From a virus (taxonomy: Duplodnaviria > Caudoviricetes): 42,082 nt of DNA. Positions 14,396-21,206 of this stretch are shown here, piece by piece. A program made the position numbers and the translations under genes. The stretch's first letter is position 1; each line of letters begins with the position of its first letter. Below the pieces are notes generated by a model that had not been told where the DNA came from, searched no databases, and saw only the letters and a list, made by a program, of their open reading frames with translations. The stretch is taken from IMG/VR virus record IMGVR_UViG_3300017766_002156, positions 1 through 42,082 of that record; one strand, 5' to 3'.

Positions 14396-15031
14396 ATGGC
14401 CCGAACCAAGAACATCAACGCTCTCGAAGCGGACATAGAGAAGCAGGCAAAGGAGCTGATGGTCCAGTTCTACGGCTTTACCGAGGGTACGCGCTACCTG
14501 TCGCTGCTGCACCGCAGCAAGGATGGTGGTGACCAGAACTCTGAGTACAAGCGCCGTGCTGCTCACTTCGTGACGCATAGTGCCAACGAGTACGAGAACG
14601 CATTGGTACGTCTCCTCATCCTGAAGGCCATATCGAGCACCCCGTATCGCCTCTACGCCAGCGCCAATGCACGTGACATCAAGAAGGCCGAGCGTGCCTT
14701 CAAGCGCGACATGCTGGAGGTTGATTTTGAGGCAGGCGAGAACAAGGAGTATTTCTGGAAGCGCCTTGAGTCTAAGTGGATTAGCGCTCTCATGCAGCCA
14801 GGTTCACGTGCTGGCAGTGGTTTCATGATTGACGTGGACCGTGTTGAGGGTGGCCCTACTGACATCACTGCACCCGTACTCACATGGCTCGCAGCGAACA
14901 AGATTGAGCCACTGAAGCAGTACACGACACCGAATGGCTGGCACATCCTCACCCCGCCATTCAACCCGACTGGCTGGGATATACCGAACGCTGAGATTAA
15001 GAAAGACGGTCTAATCCTGCTCGCAGCATGA
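14396..15031 (+). CDS. Putative AEP/PrimPol-like protein
   Basis: hhDVD motif (FMIDVD) and TPNGWHIL motif. Confidence 0.55.
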   Translation: MARTKNINALEADIEKQAKELMVQFYGFTEGTRYLSLLHRSKDGGDQNSEYKRRAAHFVTHSANEYENALVRLLILKAISSTPYRLYASANARDIKKAERAFKRDMLEVDFEAGENKEYFWKRLESKWISALMQPGSRAGSGFMIDVDRVEGGPTDITAPVLTWLAANKIEPLKQYTTPNGWHILTPPFNPTGWDIPNAEIKKDGLILLAA

Positions 15032-15147
15032 TTTGGCTTCGTAACTTCTGGCGTGCCATGTGCGGACTCTCTGAGTGCTGCGGAGCGGACATCTGGTCGT
15101 GGTCGGACCGAAAACATTACTGCACTAAATGTGACAAGCTCGTATGA
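15028..15147 (+). CDS. 39-aa zinc-ribbon protein
   Basis: Manual ORF with SECCGA..YCTKC; ATGA overlaps at both ends. Confidence 0.75.
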   Translation: MIWLRNFWRAMCGLSECCGADIWSWSDRKHYCTKCDKLV

Positions 15148-15839
15148 AAATCATCGCTGTAGGAGACATACACGGGCGCGAGACCTGGAAGCAGGTGCTC
15201 GAAAAGGAGAAGGACTTCGACAAGTTCGTCTTCGTCGGTGACTACTTCGATGCGTTCCCTCCGATGACCGTTGACCGCATCATGCAGACCTTCCAGGAAA
15301 TCCTTGAGTTCAAGGAGCAGAACGAGGACCGCGTGCATCTCTTGATGGGGAACCATGACTTCCAGTACACGCCGTTGTCTGGAGGAACTGAGCGCTACTC
15401 AGGGTACAACCCGATTACGCAGTCACACCTCGACGCGATGATTGGATGGTGGTCCGTGCTTGAGCCAGCCTTCCAGTACGAAGACGTTCTCTTCTCCCAC
15501 GCAGGTCTCACCAATACGTTCGCTGCTCACTGGGGCATGCCTAAGTTCGCAGCTGCCAATGCTGCCTACGAGATTACGAAACTCTTCGACGAGCACCCTG
15601 AGGCGTTCAAGTTCTTCGATGGGGACACGTCGCGTTGCGGTGAGCACGTGAAGCAGAGTCCGTTCTGGGTGCGCCCCGACACACTAGAGACCGACATGTA
15701 CCCTGGCCTACGCATGGTGGTTGGCCATACGCACGCTGAAGGTGTGGAGCAGCGCGGACCTCTGTTCATGATTGACACAGGCAAGCAGGGCGAGTATCTC
15801 CGTATCGAAGACGGGAACATCTTCACTGGAACACTATGA
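15144..15839 (+). CDS. Calcineurin-like metallophosphoesterase
   Basis: GDIHG, GDYFD, GNHD, SHAG and GHT motifs. Confidence 0.93.
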   Translation: MKIIAVGDIHGRETWKQVLEKEKDFDKFVFVGDYFDAFPPMTVDRIMQTFQEILEFKEQNEDRVHLLMGNHDFQYTPLSGGTERYSGYNPITQSHLDAMIGWWSVLEPAFQYEDVLFSHAGLTNTFAAHWGMPKFAAANAAYEITKLFDEHPEAFKFFDGDTSRCGEHVKQSPFWVRPDTLETDMYPGLRMVVGHTHAEGVEQRGPLFMIDTGKQGEYLRIEDGNIFTGTL

Positions 15840-16210
15840 GTAACTTCTACGAAAGCAGCATGTCTCCAGAGGAACTGATTTGTAACGGCTGCGAGTCGGT
15901 CTACCCAAACAATCGAAACGAACGTGATGAACGCCTCCAGATTACTATGGGCTGGATGATATTCGTCATGTGTCCTGTATGCACGAAGAAGGTGCTTGAG
16001 TCAGCGGGACTTACTGACCAGGTTCTTAAACGCAAAATGAACAGCATCCGTCGTGCTGAGACCGAGAACAATCGGAAGCGTGAAGTGAAGGAGGGCGTGC
16101 GCTGCTACAAGTGCGAAGAAAAGTTTGCACGCGATGTGCCACGTGTGAAGGTTGATGAGTGCTCTAATACCAAGGCTTACCACCTCAACTGCTATGAAAC
16201 TATTCGTTGA
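15836..16210 (+). CDS. Cys-rich hypothetical protein
   Basis: Several CxxC motifs. Confidence 0.75.
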   Translation: MSNFYESSMSPEELICNGCESVYPNNRNERDERLQITMGWMIFVMCPVCTKKVLESAGLTDQVLKRKMNSIRRAETENNRKREVKEGVRCYKCEEKFARDVPRVKVDECSNTKAYHLNCYETIR

Positions 16211-16577
16211 TGACATCCGCACTCCACCCGATGACTCCTGGACGCTAGTCAGGACTGTCACTGAAGCGATACGTGCCATCGCTCGCTTCGACTTCGAGGA
16301 AATTAGTCTGGACCACGACATATCGCATGAAGTATCCATCGGAAATCACGTATCACGCCCGTTCCCGTGCGGAGAGACGTATGCTGCTGTCGCCTACTAC
16401 ATCGCACTGAAGTACCAGGGCTACTCAGCGACTCACCCAAAGATTACGCTGCACACCAGTAACGAGGTGGCAGGTGACGAGATGGCAAATATGTTTGATG
16501 ACCACGGCATCATCGTCGAGAAGAAGTACATGGGGGGAGCTAAGCGCCTCAAGGATGGAGGCTGGAAACCTGTATGA
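16194..16577 (+). CDS. Cyclic-phosphate-processing receiver-like domain protein
   Basis: MKLFVDDIR..W..VRT..EAI..ISLDHD..LHTSN..G pattern. Confidence 0.8.
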   Translation: MKLFVDDIRTPPDDSWTLVRTVTEAIRAIARFDFEEISLDHDISHEVSIGNHVSRPFPCGETYAAVAYYIALKYQGYSATHPKITLHTSNEVAGDEMANMFDDHGIIVEKKYMGGAKRLKDGGWKPV

Positions 16578-17071
16578 CACGCGCCTTCGTAAAAGACGGG
16601 GAGATAGAGTTCGGTTCGCCACTGGCTAAGCACCGCTTCTTGAAGCTGGCTGAAGGCCACGAGGTGAAGCTAGACATCCTGGTGAAGCCCACGAGCGAGA
16701 TGCGTAAGTATTTCGAGGGATGCCTCGTGCCTGCCTTCTACTACATGCACCCCCACTCCAAGTGGAAGACCTTTGCCGATGCACGGGAGGTACTCAAGCT
16801 AGAGTTCAGCCCTGGAGTGCGAGAATTGACCGACAGAGAGGGTAACCAGGTCAAAGTGGCCCCAAGTACCACTGAGCTGTCCAAGCGTCGCTTCACGGTC
16901 TTTGTAGAGGCAATCACGGACTGGATGCGGGAGAACGGCGTGCCAGAGGACGTGCTGGACTCAGAGGAGTACAAGCGCTGGCGCGATACCAACTTCGAGG
17001 ACCCGTACTACCCACCACTTCAGCGCCTCAAGGACCTCTACGACCAGGCCCGAAAAGTGAAGAACCCCTAG
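16574..17071 (+). CDS. Hypothetical protein, possibly NinB-like
   Basis: PSTTELSKRRFTVFVEAI segment; last gene of the operon. Confidence 0.65.
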   Translation: MTRAFVKDGEIEFGSPLAKHRFLKLAEGHEVKLDILVKPTSEMRKYFEGCLVPAFYYMHPHSKWKTFADAREVLKLEFSPGVRELTDREGNQVKVAPSTTELSKRRFTVFVEAITDWMRENGVPEDVLDSEEYKRWRDTNFEDPYYPPLQRLKDLYDQARKVKNP

Positions 17072-17090
17072 CTTTCGCCAGAGGTTCTTC
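17059..17090. terminator. Hairpin between convergent operons
   Basis: GAAGAACC..GGTTCTTC inverted repeat. Confidence 0.5.
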
Positions 17091-17195
17091 ATTCTGCCGA
17101 GGACCAGCCTTATTCAGGGGGTCCCCAGGTCCAGGCTTGTTTACGATGCCTAAGAACGCTTGAGCCACTCCAGGTGACGTTACGCGCAGTATGGA

Positions 17196-17360
17196 TTATT
17201 GGCCGTGAACAGTTTGTGAAGGCCCAAACACACACTTCTTGCCTTCCCAGGTGACCATTCCTGCCCCTGCGTCACACCCACTGGCGAGCCAGAGATTGAA
17301 GCCGAGAGCGATGGCTACCATCGTTGAGAAGAACACGATGCGGAAGATTGCCTCTTTCAT
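17196..17360 (-). CDS. 54-aa membrane or secreted peptide
   Basis: Manual ORF MKEAIFRIVFFSTMVAIALGFNLWLASGC..; ATGA overlap. Confidence 0.7.
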   Translation of the reverse strand: MKEAIFRIVFFSTMVAIALGFNLWLASGCDAGAGMVTWEGKKCVFGPSQTVHGQ

Positions 17361-17569
17361 ACGAGTAGCATCTTAGGGATAGATACCCCAACGTAGCGCT
17401 CTGGCTGCTCTGTCATCAGCTTCTTTTGGGTCGCTACCCACTCTTCGTGAGGCTGATTGAAAGCGATGCCAACGGGGTTGCAGGCGTTACAGCCCACGTT
17501 TTTCTTACAATCGTTTATGTGGTACTGGACGCACGTTCCGCATGAACACCCACTCTTGGTACGACTCAT
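17357..17569 (-). CDS. Cys-rich hypothetical protein (70 aa)
   Basis: Start moved to the ATGA overlap; CSCGTC and CNAC motifs. Confidence 0.7.
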   Translation of the reverse strand: MSRTKSGCSCGTCVQYHINDCKKNVGCNACNPVGIAFNQPHEEWVATQKKLMTEQPERYVGVSIPKMLLV

Positions 17570-17751
17570 ACCGTTCCAAGGATAACGCTCTCCACCCAAA
17601 TCTCTCCCTCACCTGCCCCTGGCTTCACGAGCCAGCGCTGCTTTGCGTAGGACACCTTCACGTCAAGGACTTCAACGATAATCTTGAGACCACCGAGGTC
17701 GATGATGCCCTTCTTGCCAATATCGCCCATCATTTCTTTTACAGTTGCCAT
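17566..17751 (-). CDS. Hypothetical protein
   Basis: 61-aa ORF in the operon. Confidence 0.75.
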   Translation of the reverse strand: MATVKEMMGDIGKKGIIDLGGLKIIVEVLDVKVSYAKQRWLVKPGAGEGEIWVESVILGTV

Positions 17752-17757
17752 AGGTAG

Positions 17758-17961
17758 TTAAATTATTCCTCCCGCTTTTCTAATCTCTTTCAGTGCGTTG
17801 GTCATCGAGTATCGGTCACTTGGTGTGAGCGAGACCGTGAAGCAACGTTTACTTCTGTTTGCTGGATAGAGGACCAGATGCTTGCTCCCCATCCTCCACC
17901 TCCATCCCTGTCGTTCAAGCCCTGGTAGTAACCGCGTCACGAACTTGTGAACGTCAGCCAT
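17758..17961 (-). CDS. HicA-like (dsRBD-fold) protein
   Basis: LERQGW..GSKHLVL..TPSD pattern, 67 aa. Confidence 0.7.
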   Translation of the reverse strand: MADVHKFVTRLLPGLERQGWRWRMGSKHLVLYPANRSKRCFTVSLTPSDRYSMTNALKEIRKAGGII

Positions 17962-17963
17962 GG

Positions 17964-18191
17964 CTAGTTCTTTGCGTCTAACGCTATCGCCTCTTCAGAG
18001 TAGCCCTGCATCCTCAAAATATCCGCACGCTTAGGGGCTTTGATGACCTTTGCTGAGGTCTCAGAAGGGTAGGCATATGCCAGGTCCTTCTGAATCATCA
18101 TGTGCGCCCTTTCATCAGTCATATCGAAACCGTCTTCAACCCACGTCTCGCTCACCTCGAACTCGACTACCCACTTGAATGTCTTGCTCAT
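17964..18191 (-). CDS. Hypothetical protein, first gene of a leftward operon
   Basis: 75-aa ORF with TAGCAACAC leader hairpin. Confidence 0.8.
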   Translation of the reverse strand: MSKTFKWVVEFEVSETWVEDGFDMTDERAHMMIQKDLAYAYPSETSAKVIKAPKRADILRMQGYSEEAIALDAKN

Positions 18192-18231
18192 GTTACGTGT
18201 TGCTACTTGTAACCCCTTTCGGGATACTTAT

Positions 18232-18321
18232 AACTTACACTAGCACTATAACTACGTCAATACCTATGACCATAGGGACTGGGGATAACCCCAACATCCC
18301 AAAACACCCAGGGTTTACAAT
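18232..18321. promoter_or_regulatory. Divergent promoters around a TTATCCCCA box
   Basis: Leftward TTGACG-17 nt-TAAGTT; box 18280-18288; rightward TACAAT 18316-18321. Confidence 0.7.
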
Positions 18322-18327
18322 GTATTT

Positions 18328-19422
18328 ATGGCAGACCTCCTAAAAGGCGAGAACTCAGGCGTAATCGTTGATGTGCGTGACACGGACTTCCGTGCAGGCA
18401 CTAATACAGGACTTCCTTACGTCGCAGTCAACCCCTCAGGCGACTGGAATCAGTTCCGCAGCACCGATGAATGGCAGCGCCGTTACAAGAACGGGGCGCT
18501 TGGTTATGACACCAACAGCTGCACCAACTTCAGCCTTGAAAACAGTGCAGAGATTCAGATTGAACGCATGCTCGCTGATGGAGAAATCCCTCTCACTGTC
18601 GTACAGCTGATGCACGACTACGGTTGGTTCGACGCGAGCGGTAACGTCAACTTCAACGATTGGTTCAACGCCATCACCTCAGGCACTACTGACGCAGCGG
18701 GGAACACGCTCTACGCTCCATGGGATGCACTACGCAAGCTCGGCAACATCGCACAGGACAAGGGCTTCCAGCCTAACGATTTCACCAGTGGCTCGCAGTG
18801 GTTCGGTGCGAAGCCTACGCAGGCGCAGCTTGATGAGGCTAAGAAGTTCAGCGCCATCTTCGACATCGCATACGAGTGGGTTTCTATCGGACAGCTCAAT
18901 CAGTGGGATGCGTTCGAGTACCACCTCAAGCATGCTCCCCTTCATGTCCTTGTGCCTACGCGCAACAACTGGAACAGCACAGGCACCATCACCAATGTAG
19001 GGCCTTACACAGGCGTGAATCACGCAGTGACGGTTATCGGACAGAAGAAGGGCGTGTCCCATACTGTCCTTGACCACTACGTGCCGTTCGTAAAGACACT
19101 CGCGTGGGACTATTACATCCCTTACGCGCTCAAGGGCGTGGTGACACTCAAGAAGGACGAGCCAACACCAGCGTTCCCTATCCCAACCAAGGACCTCTAC
19201 CTCGGTCTCTACGACCCACAGGTGAAGCAGCTCCAGGAGTGGCTGAACAACCACGGGTTCCTCCTTGCAACGGTAGGCGCAGGTTCACCAGGCCAGGAGA
19301 GCACCTACTTCGGTGACCGCACCAAGGCAGCTCTGCTCAAGTACCAGATTGCGCGTAAGGTAAGCCCAGCATCGGGTTACTTCGGGTCGATTACGCGTGC
19401 TCAGATGGCAAAGGAGGCATGA
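18328..19422 (+). CDS. Putative endolysin: papain-like cysteine peptidase plus peptidoglycan-binding domain
   Basis: Q..SCTNFS, NHAVTVIG, DHY; C-terminal VKQLQEWLN..GAGSPGQESTYFG..TKAALLKYQ..GYFG. Confidence 0.8.
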   Translation: MADLLKGENSGVIVDVRDTDFRAGTNTGLPYVAVNPSGDWNQFRSTDEWQRRYKNGALGYDTNSCTNFSLENSAEIQIERMLADGEIPLTVVQLMHDYGWFDASGNVNFNDWFNAITSGTTDAAGNTLYAPWDALRKLGNIAQDKGFQPNDFTSGSQWFGAKPTQAQLDEAKKFSAIFDIAYEWVSIGQLNQWDAFEYHLKHAPLHVLVPTRNNWNSTGTITNVGPYTGVNHAVTVIGQKKGVSHTVLDHYVPFVKTLAWDYYIPYALKGVVTLKKDEPTPAFPIPTKDLYLGLYDPQVKQLQEWLNNHGFLLATVGAGSPGQESTYFGDRTKAALLKYQIARKVSPASGYFGSITRAQMAKEA

Positions 19423-19547
19423 ACGTACTAGGACTCAAAGTAGCTGAATACTGGCACGTGGAAATGGTGGTCGTAGTGCCACTCATCCTCTACGCTATTT
19501 GGCGCGTTGAAACCATCGTTTCACTGCTTAAATCCTGCGTTATTTAA
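19419..19547 (+). CDS. 42-aa single-TM lysis-cassette protein
   Basis: Manual ORF with ATGA overlap and a hydrophobic core. Confidence 0.6.
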   Translation: MNVLGLKVAEYWHVEMVVVVPLILYAIWRVETIVSLLKSCVI

Positions 19548-19561
19548 TCCACAAGCCCACC

Positions 19562-19780
19562 ATGGCTATTCTCACCTCAGCTAGTAAGATTGTATTTATC
19601 CTCATGACCCTCGCGGTGATTGCAGGAATGTTCATCGGTAAGATTGACCCCAAGGACTTTATGATGCTCGCGGGCATGGCGTTCTCGTTCTACTTCGCTA
19701 ACAAGGGTGATGCCGTCTCAGGCGTTACGACCACGACAGCGACAGGAACAACGGTGACCCCGCCATACCTCGGCAAGTAA
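19562..19780 (+). CDS. Putative holin
   Basis: Two TM helices, 72 aa, next to the endolysin. Confidence 0.75.
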   Translation: MAILTSASKIVFILMTLAVIAGMFIGKIDPKDFMMLAGMAFSFYFANKGDAVSGVTTTTATGTTVTPPYLGK

Positions 19781-19847
19781 GTCTTCCCCTGTACGGCATC
19801 GGGACTCCAGGCCCGTGAGAACTTCAGAGCGACGTGCGTGAACGCTT

Positions 19848-20348
19848 ATAGCCCTCACTCTAAAAACCGCTGTTGCAATCGCAGCAGCCACATTAGCAGC
19901 GCTGATTTACCTCTCATGGCCTTTGATAGCGAAAGCCATGGAGTTGACCCAGAAGCCTGCCCCGATGCTTGCGTACACGTCAACGCCCATTGAAAGCGTT
20001 GCACTCGTAGCCAAGCCAGTGGTGCTAGAAACTCCTCCAGCACCTAAGCCGTGTGGCATTACGCCAGGCGACTACTCGGTAGAACGCTCTATGGTTGTAG
20101 CTGAGTTCGGTAGTGATGCACCAGTCATGGTCGACATCGCTGAAGCCGAGTCTCAGTTCGACCCGACAGCTGACAACTGCGCTAGTACCGCTGATGGCCT
20201 TTTCCAGATTCTGGATGGCACATGGATTGGAGCAGGGTGTGGCCCTCTAGCGGACAAGAAGAAGGCAATCCCGAACATTCGTTGCGCCCGCATTATCTAT
20301 AACGACTCAGGTACTCGCCCATGGCTCGCAAGCGCTCACAACTGGTAG
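19848..20348 (+). CDS. Lytic transglycosylase-like (SLT) protein with signal anchor; start uncertain (ATA 19848 or TTG 19923)
   Basis: IAEAESQFDPTA..ADGLFQI..TW..RPW motifs. Confidence 0.75.
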   Translation: MALTLKTAVAIAAATLAALIYLSWPLIAKAMELTQKPAPMLAYTSTPIESVALVAKPVVLETPPAPKPCGITPGDYSVERSMVVAEFGSDAPVMVDIAEAESQFDPTADNCASTADGLFQILDGTWIGAGCGPLADKKKAIPNIRCARIIYNDSGTRPWLASAHNW

Positions 20349-20533
20349 ACGATGAGCTTTCTGCTGAAGAGTGCATAGCCAGGAAGATTTGCTACATCTG
20401 CCAACAGAAGCCCTGGGTCCACTGGATGAATGAATACATTGGTGGCTCGTGCGCTGACTGCCAGAAGGAGGTAGAGCAGTTCACATCTGACTTCGTTACT
20501 CTCTACCAGGCCACATATCCCCAGAATCCCTAG
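20321..20533 (+). CDS. Small CxxC..CxxC protein
   Basis: 70-aa ORF. Confidence 0.55.
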   Translation: MARKRSQLVDDELSAEECIARKICYICQQKPWVHWMNEYIGGSCADCQKEVEQFTSDFVTLYQATYPQNP

Positions 20534-20570
20534 TAAGTACCTTGACAACTGTGCGATACTGCAAGGGTAT

Positions 20571-21206
20571 ATGGCAACAACTCGTCAGAAGATGGCAGCA
20601 AAGGAGGTGGTGGAAAATGGTGGAAACGTATCCAAGGCTATGCGTAAGGTAGGATACTCACCAAACACCGCTAAAACCCCCCAGAAGCTCACTGAATCAG
20701 TGGGCTGGGATGAGTTGATGGAAGAGTTCTTGAGCGACAAGGAGTTGCAGGAGAAGCATCGTGGATTGCTCAACGCCACGAAGATTGAGCACATGACATT
20801 CCCGCTCGGTCCTAAGGGCGAAGATGACCCGAATCTCTCAGGCGCATCACCTGAGCTTGAGGATGATGGCAGCGAGGATGACCCAGAGAGCAAGCGTCTG
20901 AAGGCAGAACGGACCACGCTCACTGACAAGGAAATCATCGACATGCTCGCTGAGGTGAACTGCAAGGTGAAGCGCATCGTGCATGGAGAGACTGTACGCC
21001 ACGTCTACTACTGGGTCCTTGATGCGAAGGCACGCAAGGATGCACTCGACATGGCGTACAAGCTCAAGGGGCGTTACGCAACGGAGAAGGTGGACGTAAC
21101 TACTAAGGGCGAAAAGGTAAACATAGATGACAACCAGTTCAACCAACTCGTCCGTGCAGCAGCAGCCCGTGGAGAAAGCAACACTGGCAGCGGAAGCAGC
21201 TCGTAG
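20571..21206 (+). CDS. Terminase small subunit
   Basis: N-terminal HTH (NVSKAMRKVGYS), ALDMAYKLKGRY..KVDVTTKGEK; upstream of TerL. Confidence 0.85.
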   Translation: MATTRQKMAAKEVVENGGNVSKAMRKVGYSPNTAKTPQKLTESVGWDELMEEFLSDKELQEKHRGLLNATKIEHMTFPLGPKGEDDPNLSGASPELEDDGSEDDPESKRLKAERTTLTDKEIIDMLAEVNCKVKRIVHGETVRHVYYWVLDAKARKDALDMAYKLKGRYATEKVDVTTKGEKVNIDDNQFNQLVRAAAARGESNTGSGSSS

